A stretch of DNA of 64,000 bases from Planctomycetota bacterium (GTDB taxonomy: Bacteria; Planctomycetota; Phycisphaerae; Phycisphaerales; SM1A02): NCBI GenBank assembly GCA_034211115.1, contig JAXHTH010000210.1, positions 546 through 64,545 of the forward strand, read 5' to 3'. Each line of letters begins with the position of its first letter. Position 1 is the stretch's first letter. The notes below the pieces were generated by a model, which saw only the letters and a list, made by a program, of their open reading frames with translations, made no database searches and was not told where the DNA came from. Positions 1-9,570 of this stretch are shown here, one piece after another. Position numbers and translations under genes: made by a program.

Positions 1-480
1 GAGCGAGTGGCCGGCCTCCCACGCCGCGGCCAGCTCCGCGCGGCAGAGGTACTTGCAGGAACCGCGCCTGCCGGGCGGAACCGACTTCACCTCCAGGCCG
101 TTGTCGGGATCGAAGAAGACCAGCGCCCGGCCGCGCGCGACATCCAGCGCTTCGGCGAAGAACACCGCGCGCTGCGCGAGATCATCGGTGATCCGCGTGC
201 GATGAAACACGGCCTCGCCGAGCAGGCCGGACGATTCGATGCGCTCCACATCGCGCACGCCGTCGCCGCGGACGGCCTCGTCCAGGAAGTCGAACAGCGG
301 CGGATCGAGCGGGCGGTAGAGCAGGGGCCGATCGAGATACTGGAGGTGACGCCCGTCGGCGCTGCCATCATCGGCGGTGAGCATCCAGCACACGGCGAGC
401 GACAATCCATCGCCGCACAGCGCGCGGAGCAGGCCGTACTTGCGATAGTCGTTGATGTCGCCGAAGTACTGATTCTTCAT
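1..480 (-). CDS. conserved hypothetical protein, N-terminal part only (gene runs off window start)
   Basis: It is absent from the ORF track because it has no stop inside the window. Reading the minus strand from ATG at 480 gives an open frame to position 1: MKNQYFGDINDYRKYGLLRALCGDGLSLAVCWMLTADDG...ALVFFDPDNGLEVKS... GC3 is high. It lies 85 bp downstream of the HNH gene on the same strand. Confidence 0.55.
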   Translation of the reverse strand, partial: MKNQYFGDINDYRKYGLLRALCGDGLSLAVCWMLTADDGSADGRHLQYLDRPLLYRPLDPPLFDFLDEAVRGDGVRDVERIESSGLLGEAVFHRTRITDDLAQRAVFFAEALDVARGRALVFFDPDNGLEVKSVPPGRRGSCKYLCRAELAAAWEAGHSL

Positions 481-565
481 GCCGGCCGCGCCAAACAGAC
501 AGAGCCCACGGACTCCTGCCTGCGGGACGCATCATACCGGGCTTGACGTTGCCGCGCCGGGGCGC

Positions 566-1198
566 TCAGTCGCGGAGCTCGACCGTCCAGTACGCCTCGT
601 TGAGGAAGGCCTTCCACGATTCGTACTTCTCCGAGCCCAGGCGGAGGGTGATGGCGGGATTCCGCCGGGGGCGCTGGGGCGGGCGGATGAGCCGCACGTT
701 CGCCTCATCGGGCGTACGGCCGCCCTTGCGCGTGTTGCAGCTTATGCAGGCGCAGACGAGGTTGTCCCAGGTGTGCTCGCCGCCCTGCACGCGGGGCACG
801 ACGTGATCGATGGTCAGTTCCCTGGTGCCGAAGTGCCGGCCGCAGTACTGGCACCGGTTGCCGTCCCGGGCATAGATGTTGCGGCGATTGAGCTTGACCT
901 CCTGCCTGGGCAGGCGGTCGTATCCGAAGAGGCGGATGATCTTGGGCACGGCGATGACGAGGCGAGGCGTGTGAATCCAGGTGTGCGATTCGGCCTCGAC
1001 CTGCCGCTGGAGCTGGGCGACCTCGATCCAGCTCTCGAAGTCGTAGTTGAGGTACCGGCCGTTCTCGACGGCGATGACCTCCGCGGCCCGCTTGCAGAGC
1101 AGGATGAACGCCCGGCGCGCGCTGACGACCCGCACCGCCGTGTACAGGCGGTTGAGCACCAGGACTTTCTCGTCAAGCGCGGCTGATACGACAGGCAT
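566..1198 (-). CDS. HNH endonuclease family protein
   Basis: Contains RDGNRCQYCGRHFGTRELTIDHVVPRVQGGEHTWDNLVCACISCNTRKG (HNH/CxxC zinc-finger core). I prefer the ATG at 1198 (MPVVSAALDEK, GGAGACGGAGG upstream) over the ORF-track start at 1234. Confidence 0.85.
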   Translation of the reverse strand: MPVVSAALDEKVLVLNRLYTAVRVVSARRAFILLCKRAAEVIAVENGRYLNYDFESWIEVAQLQRQVEAESHTWIHTPRLVIAVPKIIRLFGYDRLPRQEVKLNRRNIYARDGNRCQYCGRHFGTRELTIDHVVPRVQGGEHTWDNLVCACISCNTRKGGRTPDEANVRLIRPPQRPRRNPAITLRLGSEKYESWKAFLNEAYWTVELRD

Positions 1199-1289
1199 GC
1201 CTCCGTCTCCGCGGACCCGCTCGAGTTCGGTCAAGTGTAGCCCACACTCCCCTGTCGGTGCAAGATTTGCGCTCGCCTTTCGTCAGCGG

Positions 1290-1928
1290 TCAGTTGGGGG
1301 GAGCAAAGGCCGCCCGGGCGGCGTCCACCCGCGTCCGGATAGCGCAGCCGTGAAGGTGGTCGTTGACGAGGCCGATCGACTGCATGTAGGCGTAGAGGGT
1401 GGTGGGTCCGACGAAGGTGAAGCCCCGTTCCTTCAGGGTCCGGCTCAGGGCCGCCGACTCCGGCGTCCGGGTGAGGCTCGCCAGCGTGCGGCGATCCAGC
1501 CGCCTCGGGCGGCTTCCGGGGTCCGGCGGGAAGGACCAGAGCAGCGCCGCCAGCGCCCCGCGCTCCTCGATCACCTCCATCGTCCGCCGGGCGTTGTTGA
1601 TCGCCGATTCGATCTTCGCCCGGTTCCGGATGATCCCCGCATCGGCGAGCAGGCGATTGACATCGCAGCTGGTGAAGCGCGCGACGGTCTCGATCTCGAA
1701 CCCCCGAAACGCACGGCGGAAGTTCTCCCGCTTGCGGAGCACGGTCAGCCAGCTCAGACCCGCCTGGAAGCCTTCCAGGCACAGCTTCTCGAAGAGGTAC
1801 CGATCATCGGCGGTGGGGAACCCCCATTCGTGGTCGTGGTAGTTTCGGTAGAGCGGATCATCGCCGCACCACCAGCAACGATCGACGCCGTCGGCGCCTT
1901 TGCGCAGGCCGGGTTCCGCTCTGGTCAT
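1290..1928 (-). CDS. tag: DNA-3-methyladenine glycosylase I
   Basis: Has the DRCWWCGDDPLYRNYHDHEWGFP motif and the rest of the Tag fold signature. It has a 4-bp ATGA overlap with the upstream methyltransferase gene. Confidence 0.9.
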   Translation of the reverse strand: MTRAEPGLRKGADGVDRCWWCGDDPLYRNYHDHEWGFPTADDRYLFEKLCLEGFQAGLSWLTVLRKRENFRRAFRGFEIETVARFTSCDVNRLLADAGIIRNRAKIESAINNARRTMEVIEERGALAALLWSFPPDPGSRPRRLDRRTLASLTRTPESAALSRTLKERGFTFVGPTTLYAYMQSIGLVNDHLHGCAIRTRVDAARAAFAPPN

Positions 1929-2716
1929 GAGCGCTCCTCCTCCGGACGGCGGACGACGGCGGCATGGATGCGATGCTTCACCATCAGCGGCTCGAAGGGG
2001 AAGTCGCGCTTCAGCATCGCCGCGAGATCACGATCGAACGCCTCCACCTGCCCAGGCGTCAGTGCGCCGGAGCCGACGGCGTGGCAGGTGCGGATGCGCC
2101 CGCGCCACGATTCGTGCGTGAACGGCTGGTCGTGGTCGTAGCAGAACTGCTCGACGAGCTGGAAGCGCCGCCCCTCGGTGAGCTGATGCAGGTAGCGCAC
2201 GTAGACGCCATCGTCGCCGGCATGGGGCCAGTCGGGGTTGTAGTCCAGCACCAGCTTCTCGGTCGCCTTTGCCACGGGATCGACGCGGGGCAGGTAGTTG
2301 AAGCTGGCGACGACAAGCATCCCGCCGCGGCGGAGCAGGCGCTTCACATTGTCCATCGTCCGCGGCTGCTCGAACCACCACCAGCTCTGGCCGGCGATGA
2401 CGAGATCGAACGACTCGTCCGGGGCGTGGAACTCCTCGGCGCGCCCGACGCGGAAGGTCGCGCGCCGATCGAGGCCGGTCTCGGCCGCGCATCGGCGGGC
2501 GGCGGCGATCTGGTTCTCCGCCACGTCGACCCCGAGCACCGTCGCCCCGCGCCGCGCCAGTTCGAGGGCGACCGTGCCCGGCCCCGTCCCGAGATCCAGC
2601 GCCTCCAGCTCCGCCAGCGGCCGGATCGCCTCCAGGCGGTCATAGAACGAATCCGGAAAGCCCGGCCGGTGGGTGAGATAGTCATCGCTGTGGCGGCCGA
2701 AATCGATCTCCATCAT
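1925..2716 (-). CDS. class I SAM-dependent methyltransferase
   Basis: SAM-binding motif I ALDLGTGPGTVALELARRGATVLGVDV, plus DLVIAGQSWWWF and RLLRRGGMLVV motifs. Confidence 0.8.
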   Translation of the reverse strand: MMEIDFGRHSDDYLTHRPGFPDSFYDRLEAIRPLAELEALDLGTGPGTVALELARRGATVLGVDVAENQIAAARRCAAETGLDRRATFRVGRAEEFHAPDESFDLVIAGQSWWWFEQPRTMDNVKRLLRRGGMLVVASFNYLPRVDPVAKATEKLVLDYNPDWPHAGDDGVYVRYLHQLTEGRRFQLVEQFCYDHDQPFTHESWRGRIRTCHAVGSGALTPGQVEAFDRDLAAMLKRDFPFEPLMVKHRIHAAVVRRPEEERS

Positions 2717-2747
2717 CGGCCGATCGTATCAGGAGGCGGCCGGGGGC

Positions 2748-3050
2748 GGTGGCACGACGCTCCGCGTCGTGCGAGGCGGTGGTTCGATGCTCCGCGTCGT
2801 GCGAGGCGGTGGTTCGATGCTCCGCGTCGTGCGAGGCGGTGGTTCGATGCTCCGCGTCGTGCGGATGACGATCCTCATGCGCCGCGCTGATGAACGGGGC
2901 GCCCGCGGATTTGCATCCGCGGCTATGAGAAGCCGTCAGCCCCGGACTCTGCCCGCGGAATTCGTCGGCGGTCCCGGATGAATCGCCGGTCGCACGACGC
3001 GGAGCGTCGTGCCACCGAGGCTTTCGCACGACGCGGAGCGTCGCGCCACC
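2748..3050. repeat. composite palindromic repeat locus 1 (BIME/REP-like)
   Basis: Four tandem 30-bp units GGTGG(C/T)(A/T)CGA(C/T)GCTCCGCGTCGTGCGAGGC lie at 2748-2864. The hairpin CCGCGGAT-TTGC-ATCCGCGG lies at 2903-2922. Two inverted units TCGCACGACGCGGAGCGTCG(T/C)GCCACC lie at 2990-3016 and 3024-3050. The locus is intergenic, between the purH stop and the methyltransferase start. Confidence 0.85.
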
Positions 3051-3063
3051 AGCGCGGGCGATG

Positions 3064-4656
<1,593 letters not shown>

Positions 4657-4747
4657 GGCGAGGGGCCGTCGAGTTCCTTTGTTGGTGCGCTGCGGGTCGG
4701 TCAAGGGCGGCGAGACGGGCCTCACCCGATTCCGGGAAACCGTGGGC

Positions 4748-5974
4748 TCAGTTGCGGGGGACGAGGCGGATGATCCGGCCGTCCGTGCCCGTGGCGTAGA
4801 GATCACCCTCCTCCACGTCGGTGGCGATGATCTCGTCGATCCGGGGCATGTCCAGGTTCCTGATGACCGCGCCGAGACGATCGTCCACGAGCTGGATGCG
4901 CCGGCCCGCCGCGTCCCAGGTGAGGAGCGTGTCGTCCATGCGGGTGAGCACGCTGCCGGCGGCGTCCCCGGCCCGCCAGAGCACCTCACCGCCGGGCCGA
5001 TCCAGGGGCAGGGCGTTGAAGCAGACGAGGCCTTCGTCGGCGACCTGCTGGTAGACCCGGTCCCGGATGAGCACGGGCCCTTCCGCCAGCGGGCTTTCGG
5101 TGAGGTATTGCCAGAGCGGGCTTCGCGCCTCGCTGAGCTCGTAGGCCCGCAGATGCTGATCCAGGCTGGCTACGTAGACGGCCCCGTTGCCCGCCACCGG
5201 CGGGGCGACGATCGGACCCAGCGCCTTGGCGCTCCAGACCTGGGTGGCCGAACGCGCCCGCAGGTTCATGATCCGCCCGTCGCTTCCGATCGCGATCACG
5301 TAGCCCTCTTCGTACACCGGGGAGATCTGGACGGAGTTGGAGATCTGGTAGGAGCGCCACTCGCTGTCCAGGCGGTAGGAATGCCAGACGATCTGGCCGT
5401 TGCGGGAGCCGTAGACCAGGAACTGGCCGAACACGAGCGGGGCGGTGTTGGCGATCCGCTCCAACTCCTGCTTGCCCACGGGCGAGCCGTTCACCGAGTC
5501 CAGCACGAGCAGTTCCCCGCCCGTGGTGAGATAGATCCGCTCATCCTCGGGGATGTACGTGATGCCGAGGATCTCCACGATCCGGCTGGCGGCGACGGGG
5601 ATGCGCCAGACGCGATCGCCCTCCTCGCGGCGCAGGCGGGTGAGGACGTTGTTGGAATCGAGGGTGAAGACGGAATCGGCCTGGACGGCGAAGTCGCGGA
5701 TCGGCCTCCCCATCGACGGATACTGCCAGTCGATGCGGTAGCCCATCTCCCGGGCCGCGGTGGGGCCGATGATGTAGCGCTCCTCGATGGTGCGGGCGAT
5801 CGACTCGACATCGGCGTCCGCGGGAGCCGCCGCCCCGGCCGGCTCGCCTTCGGCCTCCGGAGACGTGGTGGCGCATCCGCCGCAGGTCAGGATCGCCCCG
5901 GCGAGGGCGAGGGGGGCGGCGAGAAACCGCCGCGGACGGGGGAACAAGCAACGCATCATTCGTCTCTCCTGCAT
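4748..5974 (-). CDS. PQQ-like beta-propeller lipoprotein (BamB-like)
   Basis: Signal peptide with lipobox LAGAILTCGGC, followed by repeated ...G.VY....DG.l.ald...G...W blades. The start may instead be the internal Met at 5959. Confidence 0.7.
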   Translation of the reverse strand: MQERRMMRCLFPRPRRFLAAPLALAGAILTCGGCATTSPEAEGEPAGAAAPADADVESIARTIEERYIIGPTAAREMGYRIDWQYPSMGRPIRDFAVQADSVFTLDSNNVLTRLRREEGDRVWRIPVAASRIVEILGITYIPEDERIYLTTGGELLVLDSVNGSPVGKQELERIANTAPLVFGQFLVYGSRNGQIVWHSYRLDSEWRSYQISNSVQISPVYEEGYVIAIGSDGRIMNLRARSATQVWSAKALGPIVAPPVAGNGAVYVASLDQHLRAYELSEARSPLWQYLTESPLAEGPVLIRDRVYQQVADEGLVCFNALPLDRPGGEVLWRAGDAAGSVLTRMDDTLLTWDAAGRRIQLVDDRLGAVIRNLDMPRIDEIIATDVEEGDLYATGTDGRIIRLVPRN

Positions 5975-6099
5975 CTGGCGGACGGTGGGGGGCGTCCGGG
6001 GGCCGCGTGCGGCACGAATCCGGCAGTATCCGGCCCCTGTCGCCGCACGTCAAGACAGCCTAGAGTGTCTTCTTCCCTCACCGGCTGGAGTCGCGGCAG

Positions 6100-6726
6100 A
6101 TGTTTACCGGTATTGTCCAGGCCCTCGCCCGCGTCGCCTCGATCGAGCACGTGGACTTCGGGGCCGTCCTGACCATCGATCCCGGGGACTGGCCCCACCG
6201 GCCGCAGGAGGGCGAATCCATCGCCGTCAACGGCTGCTGCCTCACCGTCACCGCCCCGGGCCCGCATACGCCGGCGGACATGTTCCGCTTCGACGTCATC
6301 CGGCAGACCCTGCGGCTGACCAACCTGGGCGACCTGACGGAGGGCTCGTCCGTCAACCTCGAGCTCGCGGTCACCGCCGACCAGATGCTCAGCGGTCATA
6401 TCGTGCAGGGTCATATCGACGGCGTGGGCGTCGTGCGGGAAGTGCAGCGCGATGAGAACGAGTGGCGGATCCGCATCGACCCGCCCGAGGAACTGCGCGA
6501 CTACATCATCGACAAGGGCTCGGTCGCCCTGGACGGCGTGTCGATGACCGTGGCGGGCCTCGACGACCGCGGCTTCGAGGTCGCCCTCATCCCGACGACG
6601 CTTCAGATCACCACGCTGGGGCGCGCCGAAGCCGGCACCCGCCTCAACATCGAGACCGACTACATCGCCAAGACCGTCGTGCACTGGCTGAAGCGCCAGG
6701 AGACGGCGTCGATGGCGACGAGGTGA
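6100..6726 (+). CDS. ribE: riboflavin synthase (alpha chain)
   Basis: MFTGIVQALARV... N-terminus, with duplicated lumazine-binding repeats (GESIAVNGCCLTV / GSVALDGVSMTV). Confidence 0.9.
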   Translation: MFTGIVQALARVASIEHVDFGAVLTIDPGDWPHRPQEGESIAVNGCCLTVTAPGPHTPADMFRFDVIRQTLRLTNLGDLTEGSSVNLELAVTADQMLSGHIVQGHIDGVGVVREVQRDENEWRIRIDPPEELRDYIIDKGSVALDGVSMTVAGLDDRGFEVALIPTTLQITTLGRAEAGTRLNIETDYIAKTVVHWLKRQETASMATR

Positions 6727-6772
6727 CTCGGAACGGGATGCGAGGCGCCGCGAAGCGCGCGCCGGACGGAGA

Positions 6773-6811
6773 ACGAGCACCGCCTCCGGGAGTCGGTGCT
6801 CGTGCGGTTTC
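6773..6811 (+). terminator. putative intrinsic terminator after ribE
   Basis: 10-bp stem ACGAGCACCG / CGGTGCTCGT with an 11-nt loop, followed by GCGGTTTC. The U-tract is weak. Confidence 0.4.
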
Positions 6812-6840
6812 AGATCCGGATTCGATCCGGCGTCAGACGC

Positions 6841-8238
6841 TTACGGGCAGTCTCCCCACGCGCCGAGGAGGGCCAGGAGATCGACGGTGTCCGTGTTGCC
6901 ATCACCGTCGACATCGCCGTCGGGCGTCCCCCAGGCGCCGAGGAGGTAGAGAAGATCTACGGTGTCGACCACGCCATTGCCGTCGAAGTCGGCCGGACAT
7001 GCCGACCCCAGGTCGAAGATGTAGGCCGATCCGCTGTCGAAGCCGTTGTCATCATCGAACGGCGTGCCGACCACGACGTGCTGCTGTTCGATCGCGAGGG
7101 AGGTGGCAAAGGCGTCGTGATCGTCGATGTCGTCGGACGTGAATTCAGCGCGCTGCTCCCAGCTTTCGCCGGTCCTGACCCAGACGTACGCGGCCCCGCT
7201 CGCGGGCTGACCTCCCGCGCGCCGAGGTGATCCGATCACCGCGATGTCGCCGCTCACGTCGGCCGAGCGTCCGAACTCATCCTCCGCCTCTCCGTCGTCG
7301 AGGGCGAGTTTCGCTTGTTGCGCCCAGGCGTCCCCGTCGCGGACGAACACGTACGCGGCGCCGGCGCGGTAGCCGTTCTCATCGTCGCCGAACGCGCCCG
7401 CGACGATGGTGTCGCCGTCGATCGCGACCGAGCACCCGAATCGAGCGTAGTCTCCCGGATCGTCGGGCGTGAGCTGGGCCTGCCGGGTCCAGTCATCTCC
7501 GTCTCGAACGAAGACATGCGCCGCTCCGGAGGAGTGGAGGCCCACGCCGTATGCCCCGATCACCGCCGTGTCGGCGCAGATGTCGACGGAGCATCCGAGG
7601 TGGTCGTGCGGAAGCTGCCCCTCCGCGACGAGTTCGGTCTGCTGAGTCCACTCCGTTCCTTCGCGTGTGAACACGTATGCCGCACCGGCCTCGGTGCCGT
7701 GCCCTTCATCGTGTTCGGCGCCGACGATGATCGTGTCGTCTTCCAGGGCGACCGCGCCGCCGAACTCGGCGAACATGCTCGGAGTGTCGGCCACGAGCTT
7801 GGCCTGTTGCGTCCACTGTCCGTCGTTGCACGTAAACACGTAGGCCGCGCCGTTCCGCGGCTCGTCGCCGTCGTGAGCGGGCGCGCCGATGACCACCGTC
7901 TCGCCGTCGGCGGCCACGGCGTCGCCGAAGAAGTCGAACGCGGAGCCGTCGTCGGCGACCAGCTTCGCCTGTTGCGACCACTCCGCCCCGTCCCGGGCGA
8001 AGACGTAGGCGGAGCCGGGACCGTCGCCGAAGGCGCCGACCAGAATCAGATCACCGCGGAGGGCGACGCTGTCGCCGAACAGGTCGGCCGGGGTGCCGTC
8101 GTCGGCCACCAGCTTGGCCACCTGGAGTGGATCGTCACCCGCCATCGCCGCGCTGCCGGGGGCGAGGAGCGCACAGGCGAGGGGGGTGAGCATCGTAAGG
8201 CCGCACACGCCGATTCCGTCTCGCCGCTGAACCTTCAT
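6841..8238 (-). CDS. secreted FG-GAP repeat protein with two C-terminal dockerin-like repeats
   Basis: About 7 repeats of AKLVADDG..FG.SVA..GD..V.GA......G.GAAYVF.R.G..W.QQ. The C-terminus is DFDGNGVVDTVDLLYLLGAWGTPDGDVDGDGNTDTVDLLALLGAWGDCP. Start is the ATG at 8238 (MKVQRRD), preceded by AGGAGG. Confidence 0.8.
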   Translation of the reverse strand: MKVQRRDGIGVCGLTMLTPLACALLAPGSAAMAGDDPLQVAKLVADDGTPADLFGDSVALRGDLILVGAFGDGPGSAYVFARDGAEWSQQAKLVADDGSAFDFFGDAVAADGETVVIGAPAHDGDEPRNGAAYVFTCNDGQWTQQAKLVADTPSMFAEFGGAVALEDDTIIVGAEHDEGHGTEAGAAYVFTREGTEWTQQTELVAEGQLPHDHLGCSVDICADTAVIGAYGVGLHSSGAAHVFVRDGDDWTRQAQLTPDDPGDYARFGCSVAIDGDTIVAGAFGDDENGYRAGAAYVFVRDGDAWAQQAKLALDDGEAEDEFGRSADVSGDIAVIGSPRRAGGQPASGAAYVWVRTGESWEQRAEFTSDDIDDHDAFATSLAIEQQHVVVGTPFDDDNGFDSGSAYIFDLGSACPADFDGNGVVDTVDLLYLLGAWGTPDGDVDGDGNTDTVDLLALLGAWGDCP

Positions 8239-8390
8239 GGTTGAGCCTCCTGTCCCGGGTCCGCCGAAGAGCCCTCCCCACGGCCGGATGATACCGTCGG
8301 CCGCGGGCCGGCCCGGTGCCGCTGCCTTTTCGCCGCCTGTCCTGGCACGCAGCACCCGACTACGATGAGCGCGTGCCGCCGGAGGCGACG

Positions 8391-9128
8391 ATGGAACGCC
8401 GACTCGGGATCCGGAGCGAGAAGATGGGGCGGAAGAAGAACCGGTCGCCGATTCGGATCATCGCCCTCGCCGCCCTCGCGGTCGGGGCGACGCTCGTTGT
8501 CGCACAATCAAGCGGGCAGAAGGAGGACCGAACCGTGATCGATCTGCCTGACGCGAAGCAGAAGGGGACGATGTCGGTCGAGGAAGCGCTGCGGAATCGG
8601 CGCTCGGTGCGCTCGTATGCGGATGAGCCTGTCGCGCTGTCCGATGTCGCGCAACTGCTGTGGTCGGCGCAGGGCGTGACCAGCGGCGACGGGCTGCGCA
8701 CCGCCCCGTCGGCCGGCGCGCTGTACCCGCTGGAGCTGTATCTCGTCGCCGGCCGCGTCGACGGTCTCGACGCCGGCGTTTACAGGTACCGTCCGAAGGC
8801 GCACGAACTGGTTCAGATCGCGGAGGGCGACCGGCGCGGCGAGCTCGCCGACGCCGCGCTGGGGCAGAGCTGCGTGAAGGACGGGCCCGCCTCGATCGTC
8901 TTCGCCGCCGTCTACGAGCGCACCGCACGCAAGTACGGCGATCGCGCGCGGCGGTACGCGCACATCGAGGTCGGGCACGCCGCGCAGAACGTCGGCCTCC
9001 AGGCCGTCGCGCTGAACCTGGCCACCGTGCCCGTCGGCGCCTTCGAGAACGAGCGCGTCCAGTCGGCGATCGGGATGGAGCGCAACGAGAAGCCGCTCTA
9101 CATCCTGCCGCTCGGAAAGGCGAAATAG
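8391..9128 (+). CDS. SagB/ThcOx-type nitroreductase-family dehydrogenase, N-terminally membrane anchored
   Basis: LRNRRSVRSY, GVTSG...APSAGALYPLELY and HIEVGHAAQNVGLQAVALNLATVPVGAF are nitroreductase-fold signatures. A TM segment IRIIALAALAVGATLVVA is present. The ATG at 8391 has GGAGG 5 nt upstream; 8424 is an alternative start. Confidence 0.75.
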   Translation: MERRLGIRSEKMGRKKNRSPIRIIALAALAVGATLVVAQSSGQKEDRTVIDLPDAKQKGTMSVEEALRNRRSVRSYADEPVALSDVAQLLWSAQGVTSGDGLRTAPSAGALYPLELYLVAGRVDGLDAGVYRYRPKAHELVQIAEGDRRGELADAALGQSCVKDGPASIVFAAVYERTARKYGDRARRYAHIEVGHAAQNVGLQAVALNLATVPVGAFENERVQSAIGMERNEKPLYILPLGKAK

Positions 9129-9177
9129 GCGACGCGGCGTTCGCGGCGTATCGCTCAGATGGCGACCGGGGCCAAGC

Positions 9178-9270
9178 CCTAATTCGGGACAGTCACCTAT
9201 TTAAAAACAGGTGACTGTCCCGAATTAGGAAGCACTGTCCCGAATTAGGAAGCAGGTGACTGTCCCTAAT
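9178..9270. repeat. AT-rich 21-bp inverted and direct repeat cluster (possible bidirectional terminator)
   Basis: A perfect 21-bp inverted repeat CCTAATTCGGGACAGTCACCT (9178-9198) / AGGTGACTGTCCCGAATTAGG (9209-9229) has the loop ATTTAAAAAC. Two further partial direct copies lie at 9233-9249 and 9254-9270. The cluster sits between convergent genes. Confidence 0.8.
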
Positions 9271-9316
9271 CAAGACATCCTGCCGGTGGGGAGGCGGAAG
9301 TTGCGGGAATCAACAG

Positions 9317-9540
9317 CCGCGGATGCATATCCGCGGGGATGGTGGTCCTTGGCATTGCCGGCGGAGGAGAAGAACGCACGACGCGGACCTTCGTGCCACC
9401 GTCGCACGACGCGGAGCTTCGTGCCACCATCGCAGGACGCGGAACTTCGTGCCACCGTCGCACGACGCGGAGCTTCGTGCCACCATCGCAGGACGCGGAG
9501 CTTCGTGCCACCATCGCACGACGCGGAACTTCATGCCACC
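9317..9540. repeat. composite palindromic repeat locus 2
   Basis: Hairpin CCGCGGAT-GCAT-ATCCGCGG at 9317-9336, then 5.5 abutting 30-bp units CGCA(C/G)GACGCGGA(G/A/C)CTTCGTGCCACC(G/A)T at 9375-9540. Confidence 0.85.
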
Positions 9541-9570
9541 CGTCGGGTCGCCGGCGTGCGGCCGCGTTGA

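Noticed and set aside
5975-6099. FMN (RFN) riboswitch upstream of ribE
   Set aside because: The 125-bp leader lacks the conserved RFN core segments (e.g. the GGGCGGGGCGAAATTCCCCACCGGCGG-like and CCGACAGT...AGTCTGGATG-like blocks). A stand-alone ribE is also not the usual regulated gene.
9375-9540. 30-bp direct repeats (also at 2748-2864) as a possible CRISPR array
   Set aside because: The repeat units abut each other with no unique spacers. Copy number is low, the units are degenerate, and no cas genes or leader are present. They fit a REP/BIME-like tandem palindromic element instead.
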